Positions 1 through 13,282 of a DNA stretch of 64,000 bases are shown in pieces. The DNA is from Yuukianura sp. NJ FZ-2021 (taxonomy: Eukaryota): assembly GCA_046563655.1 (NCBI GenBank), contig CM102286.1, positions 8,618,001 to 8,682,000 on the forward strand, read 5' to 3'. The notes beneath the pieces were generated by a model. That model was not told where the DNA came from. It saw only the letters and a program-made list of their open reading frames with translations, and did no database searches. The position numbers were made by a program, and so were the translations under genes. The first letter of the stretch is position 1; every line of letters starts with the position of its first letter.

Positions 1-45
1 GTATCACATTTCATGAACAGGATTAGACATTAACTTTTCAATTAA

Positions 46-690
46 GAGACACAGCGTAGTAAAAAGCAGTAGTCTCTATATTTAGGTTACAGTAAGGCGT
101 AAATCTAAAGTTTGTTTAATGAATTGAAGGTTTTAGTAAGTCTTTTGGATTTCAATGAATGTTTTTCGAAAAGTTATCAAGTAAATTAAAAATTTTGTAC
201 TAGTCCATAAGTGAAAGACAAGAATCAGAAACAAATCAGTCACGTATTCCTAGAACTAGATCTGAAAGAGCGGAACATAGCCAGAGTCAGGGAACAGCAG
301 ACACAAAGTCGTCTTGAAAGTCAAATTCAAAGTCAAACTCAAAGTCAGATCCAAGGTCCAAGTTCAGAGTAGAGTGTTTATCCTGGCTTACAATTTCAAA
401 AGTCGAACATAAAGTTACAAACTCAGAGACGCAACGTAGAGTAAGTTGCTGCCTCTTATCTCATTTCGTGTACATGTTTACTTAATTGAGTTCAAAGCTG
501 AGACGCAGCGTACAATAGGCCGACGTCTCTGCAGTTAGGTTGAAGTAAGGCAAAAATAAAAAGGTTGTTAAGTCTCCATTAAGTTAGTACCATGAGTTTA
601 CGAATTGAATGTAGACTTTAGTTCGTTATTAAGAAATTACGAGACGCAGCGTAGATCAAGCAGTCGTCTCTACAATTAGGTTGCATTAAG
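46..690 (+). repeat. Dispersed diverged repeats carrying a GC-rich hairpin motif (GAGACGCAGCGTA...GTCTCT), in the AT-rich 3' region of an LTR element
   Basis: Motif at about 46, 427, 500 and 641, three of them followed by TTAGGTT...TAAGGC; looser copies near 1281 and 2090. Confidence 0.55.
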
Positions 691-2434
691 GCATAAATTT
701 ACAAATTGTTAAAAGAATTGAAGTTATTCCTAAGTTTTTTAGAATTTAATGATTGTTTAAAGAAAAGTTAGAAAGTAAATTGAAAAGTTTAAAAGTAAAT
801 GAGTTATAAAGTAGAATTTAATGCTAAAAAAGTAACTTGGTCGCATATTTGAAGAACTAGAGCTGAAAGAGCTGAGAATAGAGATAGAGTTAGAAAAGTA
901 TAGAGTCAAAGTTGAACTTAAGGTCAAATTAAAAGTCAAATGGAAGTCGATGTCGTATTTTCGAAAAGTGTTTTTTGGAATAGCAGATAATGCAGTTAGT
1001 AATGGTCAGAGTCAGGAAGATGATGTTCTTTGTTACCAGCTGATCTTATTTAAGCGTTATGGCTCAGTAGAATTAAAATTAAGGGAAAATAAAAGATTTC
1101 TTGTGTTATTAGAACAAAGTTATTAGAAAATAAGGGTTGAGATAATGTTTATGTTGAAAATAGAATAATAAAGTTAAAATAGTGGCAGTTGCACTACCCA
1201 GAGCTCCAGTTAAAGCTCTTAAAGAAGTTTAAAGTTACTTGAAGGTTAAAAAAAAAGAAATTATGAGGTATTGCTAAGTCTGGGACGACGCGAGTGGCGA
1301 CGACCCAAGAAATATTGTACATATTTAGAAGTCATGTTATATTAAAAAAAGGCATAGAAGATGCTCAGAAAAAGATTTAGAGAATTGAAAGCTAGAATAG
1401 AGCTTAAATAAACCGCAGATGGGTTTAAAAAAGATTATGCAATGTAGAAATTATTTTGATGAAAGATTTAAAAATCCTGTTTAGGATAGTGCACTTAAAA
1501 AAGAATAGGAAAGAATTGCGGAAGCGCAAAGGGGAAGCATGACCCCACAAATGGACAGAATTAGGTCCACAAAGCGGTATTACAAACGAAAAGGTGTTTT
1601 GTATCGAGTACCGATAAAAGAGTAAGACTCCCAGAGGATTTTGCCTGGTAGAGCACAAAGGGTGATGGCCCTAAGGACCAAGAGAGTCCAAAGAACAATG
1701 TGGGATGCCAAGGTGCTCTCCGTTCTAAAAGAACAATGTGGGATGCGAAGATGCTCCTCGTTCTAAAAATAAAGTACGTACATGTTTTGAAGATGAAGCT
1801 AGCGTGAGTATTAAGTTAGATTAAAAGGCCTGTTAAGTTAAGCTAAATATAGAAATTTGGTTAGTGAGCTCATAGGTTATCTTAGAGTAAAGTAGAGTAG
1901 AGTAATGAGTGAATGCATTTTGTTAGTGTGAGCTTAGATTAAGTTAAAGTAAAGTAGTGTTATTTTGTTGGATTATATTAGATTGTTAATGAAATATTGA
2001 TGATTTAAAATTTTAGTTTAAAGTTGAAGTAAGTTTAAAAGTAATTTGTTGAAATAATTATGAAGTGTATAGATAAAACTGAAAAGCAAGGGACGCAGCG
2101 AAGTAGCAGCGATCCAGAATTTAAGTTTGTATATAAATTGCAGTTAAAATTACTAAATTTTCTCGAGTTTCATGCACCAATTGTTAAGAATTTACCGTTT
2201 ATGAGAAAACTTTCGGTATAAGTACAGTTATTTATTAAGAATTAAGTTGTTATGATGTTTCAAATGTTTAAATTGTTAATTTGAAAAGAATTAGAAGTTT
2301 CATGCACAACTATTAGCTAAGTTGGTTCAACTATGCCAAGTTTTCGGTTGGTAACTACAGAAAGTGGTCAATTGTCAATCATAATGACACAAGGGTCAAA
2401 GTTACCCGGTAAAGAGGGCTTTGTCGCAGGAGAA

Positions 2435-2691
2435 TGTGACGGTTGGGGTATTTCCCCCCATCAGAGGATTAGGAGGGGACCCGAGCAGCATAGAGGAGGA
2501 GAGGAGCAGCAGCAGAGCCACTCACTCTCCGACGGACCGTGGACGAGACAGGATGGAGGACCACACTGCACCTTTAGTTTTAGTTTCTTTTTAGATCTTT
2601 ATTGTTAATAAAGATCAGTTTGCCTTTCACCAGACACGGGAGAGAGCTTTCAGGTCATTCTTGGGTCAGTGGTGGCCCCCTCTATTCTACA
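2435..2691 (+). mobile_element. Probable 3' LTR of an LTR retrotransposon whose internal 3' region fills 1-2434
   Basis: TGTGAC...CTACA termini, purine-rich stretch (AAAGAGGG...GCAGGAGAA) just upstream, internal AATAAA at about 2607; partner LTR not in window. Confidence 0.5.
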
Positions 2692-4899
2692 GCATATGTG
2701 CAAAATCGGACTTTCGAAAAACTCCATTTTTTTTCTAATGGCAAAAGTCAAATTTAGTTGCAGATACTGAAAACGCCCCATTTCCAAAAATTGTGAAAAA
2801 TGTCACGAACTTTTTATAGATTTGATCTTTAGTCATTTTCTACTCCTCCACACTTTGCACTTTTTGTATCCCGAAACCATTTTGGCAAAAGTGCCAAAGT
2901 TGAAACTACTACTATATTTCCGTCGTTGAGGCATGGTATCGCTCCGCTTCTCCAGCAGTTTATACTAGATAACTTTGGAGGAGTGAAAATGACATATGAA
3001 ATTGGGAGATTAGACAAAGTTACTAACAGTGTCACACTATGGTTTCTTTCGATATACGTTTTCAATTTTCTTCAACTTAGGCTCTGAGTATACCACTAAC
3101 CCAACATAACTTGACTGCAACTGCCGAAGGGTTTAAATGTTTGAATTACTTTCACTGGTAACCGATAACAATAAACCACACATTTGTAGGTTTTCAAATT
3201 GCTTTTCTCAGATTTTTCATTTTCCTACTTGAGGCACAAAAATATTGCTGTGGCTACTGTAAATTCTTTTTTTTTTCAATTCAAATTTTTTGTAACTCAA
3301 TTTATGAAATACCGATGGAACGATTATTCTTTGAATTCGTTTAGATTTTTGCCGTAGTTACAGCCACATTGAATTTCGACTTTTGAATCCATCAGAATTT
3401 GTAATAAAGTGGGCGGCTTGGTACTTCTCTCTTGGAGAAAGAATATAGAATCTGTAGCGAAATCAAAGCTAGAAATCCCCTGATGCCGCTTAAGTTCGCT
3501 CGAATGAACAAGTAGGGAAATGAGTCTCGTTGGCTGCTGTTCGGCTGCCTGGTTGCCGTGCTTTAACTTTGGGGGACATATAAAAGCGAAAAGTCTTCTT
3601 TTGTGCAATGTTTGTTGCTTGAGACGAGATACAAAGTCGATTCAAGTTTATAACTTCGGCTGAAAATAACGTAATAACAGAAGCACTACTCTAAAAATCA
3701 AACGCTATATTTTGAAAATTTGAAAATACGCACGCTACACTTTCAATGTCAATAAGTTATAGTAGTTAGTTCCGTTCACGAAAGCTCCTTCACAAAAACC
3801 CAAGTGAAAATTAATATGGCAATCCCAGTGATACTGGTTCTATCTTCTTCATCTGACTGACATGACAATAGAACGAAAGAATCCGATATTCCCCTTGTCA
3901 TCTCTCCAAATTTGTGGCATTTTTTAAAACTTAATTTTAAGTTCCATGGGCACTGACAGGCATCGTAAACTCATTCTGCCAACTCTCGTCAAAGTGGAAC
4001 AAAGGCAAAATTCTTGTCCAGTATTTTTAAAATTAAAAACATGTTTTCAAAGCTGAGCTAAACTCTAGATTCTAGATCTCACTTCAATGTATGTAAGTAA
4101 GGTGGCTCTAGGCCGATCGTTTTCCTTGTCCTTTTTTTTCCTTTGGCAATTTTATCTCGCTAATAAGTCTACCACAAACCACACGCCAGTTAATTAGGTT
4201 TCCTCTTTCGAATTTCAAAGAGTGAACCCTCAGCTTCTGTCACTTACCAAAAAAGTCGACAATTTACTCACTCTAAAAATGAAAAAAAAGTTTAATAGAA
4301 TGATGAAAAAATAAAAATAAAAATAAAAACTAGGTAACTAGTGATTCTGGATTAGTTTTCGATTAAAGCTGTAAATTGTAGGATTTAAGATTACTTTTTT
4401 ACAAATAGTTTGCAAATTTTTTTGCGCAAAATTGCCGAGTTGGAACCCATATTTTACAATGTAGTTTCAGGCTAAAAGTTATACTAGGACTTCCAAAGGT
4501 TTCGTAGCTTTACTATATTTTCAGCAAGTTGATGGATGAAACCGGAAAAGTTGTACCATATGCAACGCTCCTGTAATTGGTTTTAATTGAATTAAATCCA
4601 GGAAAACCAAAATATTAAGCAACTGGTGAGCTTCTTCCGACACAGTTTCTAGGACGAAGTCATGCTAAAACCAGTTTTCAAAATTAATAATAATTAAGCT
4701 TAATTATTAATTTAGGAACGGCCCACCTTCAGCTAGCATTTTTACTTAAGCGCTGCCTAACTTCATATAGAATTTCGGTTTGTATATTCTGATACTCGTG
4801 GCCCGTTTTTTAAAATCAACTTTCTAGGAAATGCGTATTATAAAACTCTCAGTTTTTATGGTAATTCTACAAACAAAAAGTCGGAAGCTTTATCTTGCA

Positions 4900-6520
4900 C
4901 AAATATTTTTACAGTTCGGCACTAAAAAAATTGGTTCTAAAATAGAAGCAAGAAAAATTTGAAGAGGTTCCTCCAGTGTTTATAAAAGAAGCTCAAAAGG
5001 AGTTGCCGTCACCAGTTCCAGTGAAAGGAATTCAAATAGAAAAGTTTTTAGAAACTGTCTAAATCCAGTGAGAGACTAGCACTATGTTAAGAATCTTCTG
5101 TAAATATTAGGACCAGCAGCATCATAAAAATGAAACTTTTTTCCGTCTTACCCCACCTGTGTAATCAAACTACTGTTCCCACCATCTACTTCTTTACATT
5201 CTCTAACCCAACCTAAACAACCTAATGTCCTCACGTTCACTGTACAAAAATTCACTTTCTATTGTAAACAACACTGACATAAAGGCTACACAGAGGCACT
5301 GTCATGTTTACAACTTTCTCTTTGTAAGGTGTTTCAAGTCCATTAGGAAGCAACGTCTGCTGTCAACTGTCTCAGAATCTCACGACTCTCTTCAAATCGA
5401 AGCCAATAATCTAAAGCTGTTTAGCTTGAAAATATTAGGGATAGCATTGGTGCTATAAACCAAAATCCAGAAGTCTAGAGATACACACTTTTAACAAAAG
5501 AACATGTTATGCTTACCTTTAGAATGTTGGATTTTAAGTAGGGCGTGAGTGGCAGCAGGCGCTGTGACAAATCCCAACTGTGACAAAAACTTGGCTCTGC
5601 ACCGAACCAAACTTAAGTCGAAAGTTGTTTCACTCTGGAAAGTCAGAATGGTACTGACAGTCAAGCCAAGTCTCTTGGAAAGAACTTTTCTCGGGAACTG
5701 GGAAGCGGGAGGAGAGAGGGAATTGAACCGATTTTCGGAGGAGTCCGTACGACCTCTCCGTCTAACAGAAGCAGAAAGTTCAGGAGGAGGAAAAAGTAAA
5801 GCGACGACTAGCGGATTTTTAGCACTGCACCACAAGACCTATAAGAAGCTAGGCAAGCCGCGTAAAGAAATACCCACCTAAGTTTGGATCTTTTAGGATC
5901 CTGGAAGGATATGGAGAGAGAGATGCTGCTGCTGCTGCAGAAAAAGAGAAAGCAGCTTCACAGCACCACCTCTACCGCTCGCCGCTTTTCATCGGCTTCG
6001 GTTGCCCGAAAAGACATCTTTCCCATACAAACTAATTTTAAGGCAAAACCCGCCGCCACTCGCTCCTCCGCTTTCAGCTCTAGATCACTAGTACACTCAG
6101 GCTAGGCCCTTTAAGGTCCCTTTACTTTTACTAGGTCTAACCTCTTCAGCTCCAGACCAAAAGCCGCACTAGTACGCACGTGTAGCCCACTTTCAAAAGT
6201 TTTTGGCAAATAAGAACCGCAACATTATCACCACCACCAACTCCGACTGCCAGAATCCCCGAATTCGGTGGCAAATTTGTTACAAATCCAAGCTCTTTCC
6301 CTATTCACGTTCCTTCCAGAATTCAGATTCGGCTTCTCACTTCACTTCTTCTCGTCTCCAGGTTGATCACAGTACAAATGAGACGCTTGCTATTCCACTG
6401 TACTCCGCTCGAAGTAATTTGGTAGATTCATTATGGTAATGGCGGAAGTTGAGTTTAATACGGCCGCACAAAGGTTCCTGTTGCTCTCACTTTTAGATTT
6501 TAAGCTCACTTTTAGTTACA
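4900..6520 (-). mobile_element. Degenerate LTR retrotransposon remnant (putative LTR 6278-6520 plus decayed gag-like sequence)
   Basis: Minus strand reads TGTAAC...TGTAACA followed by a PBS-like TTGCCACCGAATTCGGG; a decayed frame near 5010-5030 reads IPFTGTGDGNSF, loosely gag-like. Confidence 0.3.
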
Positions 6521-8004
6521 TGTATTCCATTTAAGTCCATTACGAAAACGCTCGTAATAGTCTCTAATGACCCACGATTTGTTCGTAAACTTGAGTGGCC
6601 TGTATGGTCTAATTGAAATGCAGTGGATGTGGCCACTTTACGAAAACCAAATGACAGAGGATGTTCCAAAAGGCTTTTAAGCAAGATCAAGATACACTTA
6701 GATTCCTAATTTTAAACAACATCTCTGATATCTGTTCAGAGTCTAATAAGCTAACAAGCTAATGTGCTCTGGAGGTAGATTACAGTCGTACTTTAAATAC
6801 TTTTCATTGTGCTCTAACACACACCTAACCTTCAAATCTTCATTAAATATTTATTCTCCCTCAACAAAAATTGTGTGATACACAAGCAGTTTTTTTTTTT
6901 TTTTTGCGAAACGAGTTTGAGTCACTTTTACAAATGGGTTGTTTACCCGGGATAATTAAATCACTAATGAATTTCCAAATCAACATTTGCGGAGCGCTTG
7001 CAAAGAGAAATTATCAGATAATTGGGGCTGCCACAATTAATGCCAATTATAAATTCTTTATGCCTAAACATTTGGACTAGTTTTTTAGAGTTTAAGGTTA
7101 TTGCTAAACTCTGTTCAAGGAAAAACAGTAAGTTTTGGGAAGTGATAAACGGAAAAGGCCAAAGTTTGCAATTTAGTTTAATTTTGAAACGACTGACTTT
7201 TTAATTAGCGTTGATTGGAATGATTTTACCTCCAGTCTAGGGTTAAATTGAAAAAAAGTTTGGAGCTGATGAGGCAATTTTCGTTTTGCAGGTGGTTTTG
7301 ATGCTATTCTTATTTTATACGTAGGTTACTTGAAGGGTAGCACGCCATTGGTCCGAATGAATTGGTCCGAAGCGCAATGCTACGAATGAATTGCTACGAA
7401 ACCATATTTGCTCCGAAAGTACTTTGCTCCGAAACAGCATTGCCACGAAACCAATTGCTCCGAATGGTACACTGCTCCGAAAGATTATTTTCTCTGAAAA
7501 GTTATTTTCTCCGAAAGATTAGTTTCTCCGAAAAATTATTTTCTCCGAAAGTTTATTTTCTCCGAAAGATTATTGAGTGAATTGCAGTTATCCGTCCCGA
7601 GTTGAAATGTGAAGGAGGAGCCAGGAGGAGGAAACTATTTAAAGCGAATTTGGCTTTATGGTCCCACGCCGAAGGCGCAGTGTTAGGTGTTTTGAAAGTT
7701 CGCAATACAGATTACGTCTCGAGGGTTAGTGAAGTGAGCAAACCCCAACCAACCCTAAGCCCTCGAGACGTAATCAGTTTTGCGAACTTTAAAAAAACCT
7801 AACACCGCGCCTTCGGCGCGGGACCATGAAGGCAAATTCGCTTTAAATAGTTTCCTCCTCCTGGCTCCTCCTTCACTTTTCAACTCTGGACGGCTAACTG
7901 CAATTCACCCAATAAACTCTGGGAGAAAAGAATTTTTCGGAGAAAATAATCCTTCGGAGCAGTGTACCATTCGGATCAAGTGGTTTCGTGGCAATTCATT
8001 CGTA

Positions 8005-9630
8005 TGTAGTGAAATAGGCCTTTTAGGCCTAAAAGAAACGAAAAACACACTACAAGTTTTGGTTGTCCGCTTGTTGCGGAGTCTAAAGTTCAATGAACTC
8101 TTTATTTTCAAAAATGAAGGTCAAACTGGCGAGTAGTAAAGGTCACTCTGTTCCAAGCGGAGCAGAGGCAAGAAGTTGAATGAATTGTATGCACAGGCGG
8201 CCCTGGGTCCTTTTATAGGGCCCAGATCGGACACCACAGGAGTAAGGTTTAGCTTTGTCTTACTCCAGTTTTACACAAAAATCTATTTCTAGTAAAAACA
8301 AAGGGAGACTAACTACAGGACTCCACCAGTTTTAACAACTCGCTCTGATTGGCTTACTCCTCTATTCTCCTCCCACGGTTACCGTAAAACTCCAAGGCGA
8401 AGAGTAAAACAGTAAGTCTTTGTCAAATGTGTAAAAAAATGAATTTTTTTGTGTTACATGTATTTTTTGATCTTTTCGAAATTTTCTGGACATGAAGTCC
8501 CTATAAAAAGAAAAATTCTGGTGAAAAATGTTTGACCTAGGTCAACCCATTATGGAGATATCGAAGGTCAAAGTCGCCATTTTGGAAATGTTGCGGCACG
8601 ATTATCTCCGGAACGGCTCATCCGATTTAGGTCATCTTGGGCTCAAATGAAAGGGCTCAACATGCTCCAGACCTCATTTTTTTCTCAAAATTTTGACAAG
8701 GGCCCATGGGCCCTTAATTCTTGAAAGTATAACTAGTTGGGGATTTTCACAGCAGAATACTAATTTTCTGGTTAGAATTACATGGAATGTTAACAGTAGA
8801 CCAGAATTACCCTTAAGGGCCACATGAAGACCTTAAGGGCCCCCTACAAAATTTTACCATATGCTGCCAAATTACGATTAACCAAGTTGTGACGTTTAAT
8901 TAAGCATATTTTGCATAAATTTTGTAGGGGGCCCTTAAGGTTTTCAGTGGGCCCTTAAGGGTAATTCTGGTCTACTGTTAATATCCCATGTAATTCTAAC
9001 CAGAAAATTAGTATTCTGCTGTGAAAATCCCCAACTAGTTATACTTTCAAGAATTAAGGGCCCATGGGCCCTTGTCAAAATTTTGAGAAAAAAATGGGGT
9101 CTGGAGCATGTTGAGCCCTTTCATTTGAGCCCAAGATGACCTAAATCGGATGAGCCGTTCCGGAGATAATCGTGCCGCAACATTTCCAAAATGGCGACTT
9201 TGACCTTCGATATCTCCATAATGGGTTGACCTAGGTCAAACATTTTTCACCAGAATTTTTCTTTTTATAGGGACTTCATGTCCAGAAAATTTCGAAAAGA
9301 TCAAAAAATACATGTAACACAAAAAAATTCGTTTTTTTTACACATTTGACAAAGACTTACTGAAAAGTGAACTGTTAAGATTAAGTAGACAAGAGACAGA
9401 TCAGCTGCTTACATTTTTCCCTCCACCCGTTGGAGTTTCGCGGTACAAGGGGAGGGAGAAAGAGCGGGAGCGTCGGTTGTTAAAACTGGTGGAGTCCTGT
9501 AGTTTGATCTGGTTTGGGTCCGTTATGGGCCCAAACCTACATTTTTACAAGACAAAGATCTAATTAGCAGATTTGAATATTTAACTCACGTGAAATTGGA
9601 GTAGCTGGCTGAAACGGTCATTTCATGACA
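8005..9630 (-). mobile_element. Solo LTR (Gypsy-type 4-bp TSD) inserted in the foldback element
   Basis: TGTAGTGAAA...TTTCATGACA termini; TSD CGTA at 8001-8004 and 9631-9634 splits the host arm; minus-strand AATAAA at about 8101-8106. Confidence 0.7.
8410..9362. mobile_element. Near-perfect foldback MITE (arms about 440 bp) inserted in the solo LTR
   Basis: CAGTAAGTCTTTGTCAAATG...CATTTGACAAAGACTTACTG, flanked by AAAA on both sides; short non-palindromic centre near 8860-8915. Confidence 0.85.
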
Positions 9631-10674
9631 CGTAGCATTGCGCTTCGGACCAATTCATTCGGAGCAATGGCATGGAACCACTTGAAGTTCCAATTTTAAG
9701 CTTCTTTGCTTGATAGCGTTTTCCGTTAACAGCTACAAACGTATTTATAAAAAGCCGGCTTACGTAACTGAGGTATACCAAGTAGTACATTTAATTAAGC
9801 TTGCCAGTTTACTCGACTCAAGGGCAAATTTCATGGCCACGGGTTAGACAAACTGGTCAACCAAGGTGAGTCTTCCTAATGAACAATCAAAGTTGTCTTG
9901 AAATCAATTTCTAATTGGAAGTTATCTCTGCTACGAGTTCGGAATTATAATGAATATGTAAAGAAAACTTCCTTTGAACAACAACACACTTTGAAAATTC
10001 TGTTCAACTTTGTTTTTGCAAGGCAAAGCAGCTTTCGGCTTCTTTTGTCTAAAAGTTTCAATCAATTTAAACTTCAACATTTTTCGTAGCGCATTATTTC
10101 AATTTCTCAGTCCTATTTATGTCTATACTCAATTAAATTAACGGGTTATAAAAGTGCTTGATACGAGCAATGCATTTTTATATTGAGTAGTAGCGAATAA
10201 GGAGTTTGCTTTGTAAATAAATTACACAATTTAATGAAAATGTAAAATTTATGACGTCACGAAACTTCTCGGACTTCCATTTATAAATAGGACATGTATA
10301 AACGTGTACATACATGTGCATGTATAAACATTTGATAAACATATGTTCCATATCTTGTATAAGAAGAGTTTGGAAAGTAACAGTCACAGATTTGAAATCA
10401 TCCATTCACGGAAACCGTAACAAACCAGGTGGAGAAAGAGGAAACGCGCGGGACTTACTAAATTCTGTGCTTTTAATAAATTCTATTATTTTTAACGCAA
10501 ACTCCCTAATATGCAGGAACTAGCCTAATTCGGAAACTGATTTGGGAAAGTACTGAAACATTTTGAGTACATTTCTTCCCAGAGAGTAACTTTCAAAAGT
10601 TTTTTCGTTTTCAAGTAAAATTAAAAGGGCAGTTTCCACTACTACAGTAGTGGAAATATTAGATTGGATGGGAA

Positions 10675-10870
10675 ATGGGAAATGGCCAAAAGTGAAATTG
10701 TCAGAGGTGAAAAGGCCACAAGTAAAATGGCCAAAAAATGAAAAGATCAGAATTTAAATGGCCAAAAAGTGAAATGGCCAAAATGTAAAAACGCCAGAAA
10801 GGAAATGGCCAAAAAGTAAAAACGCCAAAAAGTGAAAAAGCCAAAATAAGAAAAGACCATAAAGTGAAAA
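10675..10870 (+). repeat. Degenerate A-rich tandem repeat (AAATGGCCAAAA-like)
   Basis: Motif repeated about ten times; probably MITE subterminal repeats. Confidence 0.6.
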
Positions 10871-11075
10871 CATCAGAATTTGGAAAAAAAAATTATTTTC
10901 AGTGGCTAACTCGGATTTTCTTCAATTTTTTTCCCACAAATACGTCTGACTCCCTGACCATGAACATATATACAGCGTGAGCCAGCAGAAAGTAAACGCT
11001 CGAACACAATCTGATTGTTTATATGAGAAAATATGAGGGGGAAACCGTTGCAAATATTAGAAAAATTAGCAATCA

Positions 11076-11388
11076 TTAGAGAGTAATTTTAAACCGAAAT
11101 ATAGAGCGAATTATAGAATATAAATATAGATTCTATATGTGTATTCTATATTTTGAAATATGGAAGCACAAGTAGGGCTAAGTTTAAAACCATGGCTATT
11201 GTCTAACAACTACGCTGTGCGTCTCAATTTTGCCAATCAGCGAAGTTTTATCCTGTATTCTATATTTCATAATCAAAATATAGAACCATTCTGTGTTTGT
11301 CATAATCGCAAAATATAAATATGGAGCGCTCCATATTCTATATTCATATTCTATAAACTCTACAAAGTGAGTTGCAATTACTCTCTAA
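11076..11388. mobile_element. Small MITE
   Basis: TIR TTAGAGAGTAATT / AATTACTCTCTAA with subterminal TATAGAATAT inverted repeats; no clear TSD. Confidence 0.6.
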
Positions 11389-11389
11389 G

Positions 11390-12991
11390 GGAGATCGGGA
11401 ATTCCTGACTCTGAGACAAAATACTCTGACTCTGACTCTGAGCTCAGCTCAGAATCAGAAGTGAGAGTAAATGGATAAAATTTTTATTCCCTTCTCTATT
11501 TCTGATTCTACGCTGAGAATTGAGTCTCAACTTGGGAAATGTGAGACTTTTCGGTGGAGGGAAAACCTTAAGTTTAAAAGTTAAAAAAAGGAACCATATA
11601 AACACCCTCTCTGGATTGAATAGTTTTGTCATTTGTTGCTGTATTCTTACAATTTAGCATCAATTTAAACATCAACTTAACTTTAAAAATCGGTGATAAC
11701 CCGAAATGGAGTCGCAAATTACAATTTGCAACATCTGCTTGGAGAATCTGGCCTCATCTCCGGGAATTAGCGGATTCGTGGGCGCCCACGTGAATACGCA
11801 GTTCGGTCATATGTACCACGAGCAGTGCTTGAGCAATTGGCAGCAAATTGCCCTACCAGGCGCATTTCCGTAAGTTTCCTAATATGTTGTTATTTATACA
11901 TTTATAATTTTAATTAGTTTTATATTTTAGTATTTATTCTCATTTAAACAATTTTGTATTCTCCGGTTGTGTCGCTTCTCATTTCAGGTGTCCATCATGC
12001 AGAGAACCCGTGAATCCTGCTCAGGTTATCCAAATCAATCCAGCATTCCAGAACACAGATGACGAACTGATGAGACAGAAGAAAACGGATGATCTGAAAC
12101 AGAAGGTGGAGGAACTCCAATTACAGTTGGACGAACAACTTACCGAAAATCGGAAGTTGCTGAGAACAGCAAATGAACTCGGCGCCGGGTTGAGCGGGCT
12201 CCAAATGCTTCGGAAATTCAATGATGCAGCTTGCTATCACTGTGAATCTAACGCTCACACTACCATTTGTGGTATATTTCGAAATATACCATGTGTGGTA
12301 TATTTTGAATGTATACCATTTGTGGTATATTTTTTCGAAATGTAATGATTTTGAAAACCAAATTTTCATCCAAACGAACTTAACTTTAAGGAGAATTATA
12401 CCAAAAATGGTATATACCGCAAATTTGCGGTTTTCCGAAGCCTCTTGTTGTCTATTTAAATATGACTTTCTTTTTTAGATACCGGGGAAAAACAACATTC
12501 GAAATGTACAAAGAGAGTGGTTACTATTAAATCATAATTATTATTAATATATAATTATCATATTAAATCATACTATAATAAATCAATTTTGCATCGAGGC
12601 GCCTCGTATGTGTCAAAGTTGAATTTTGGAGCTGTGTTATCTCTTTTCGCTTCTAATTGTTCAATCGCAAGCAGAAAAAATATGTTCTTTTCAGTGAGTA
12701 AAGCTAATCCCAGTAATTTTCGGGTAAAAACTGACATAGTTAAGTATTATAATGACAATTAACACTGCCCAAATGCCTAACAATTATGGTTTTTATCAAT
12801 CTGAGGGCCCTTTGCCCTTGCTAAATTTTCACATCAATTTCAAATTCCACAGGATAGGTTTCCCGCCAAAATTCCAGATGATTTCAAAATCTCAGAATCA
12901 AAGTAACATCAAATCCCGAACTCTACTGTTCATAATCATGTTCTGTGAGAAAATACTGTGTCAGAGTCAGAATCAGATATTCCCGATCTCC
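11390..12991. mobile_element. TIR-bounded segment carrying a RING gene (Pack-TIR-like)
   Basis: GGAGATCGGGAAT at 11390 and its inverse ATTCCCGATCTCC ending 12991; subterminal CTCTGA/TCAGAG repeats at both ends; no TSD found. Confidence 0.6.
11706..12537 (+). CDS. Spliced RING-H2-like finger plus coiled-coil protein (exons 11706-11869, 11988-12271, probable 12479-12537)
   Basis: GT-AG splicing gives MESQITICNICLENL...NTQFGHMYHEQCLSNW...FPCPSCREP, then coiled coil (DDLKQKVEELQLQLDEQ) and a Cys/His-rich tail; third zinc-ligand Cys is Phe; AATAAA near 12577. Confidence 0.7.
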
Positions 12992-13119
12992 ATATTGTCA
13001 TAAAAACTTCACCAAATTTAGTTCTCTTTTTTCTATCAACGTTTTCCCCTCCATCTTTCTAGTTTTTCCTTAACTTGCTCCTAGCAATTACTAGACGTTT
13101 ACTTTATGCCTTACTTCAG

Positions 13120-13227
13120 GAAGAAGAAGAATTACTGCAGACACAGACAGAGTTTTTTGACTCACTTAATGACATGAATCAACACGAAGCGCAGGCGCTA
13201 CATAAACTATACAAACGGGAGCAGTGA
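13120..13227 (+). other. Possible orphan terminal exon (EEEELLQTQTEFFDSLNDMNQHEAQALHKLYKREQ*)
   Basis: Acceptor CTTACTTCAG then 36 codons to TGA; upstream exons not found. Confidence 0.3.
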
Positions 13228-13282
13228 AAAATATGAGTTGACAAATACCGATGAACAAAAAAAATATTGACTTATACTCAAT

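Larger units (their letters stand above)
7336..9679. mobile_element. Non-autonomous foldback DNA transposon with 8-bp TSD (GG termini; Merlin- or MULE-like), outer layer of a triple nest
   Basis: TSD ACTTGAAG at 7328-7335 and 9680-9687; TIR GGTAGCACGCCATTGGTCCGAATGAATTGG vs reverse complement of the right end GGTTCCATGCCATTGCTCCGAATGAATTGG; palindrome centre near 7735. Confidence 0.85.

Noticed and set aside
2829..3660. Possible minus-strand gene remnants
   Set aside because: No recognisable motif or consistent exon chain
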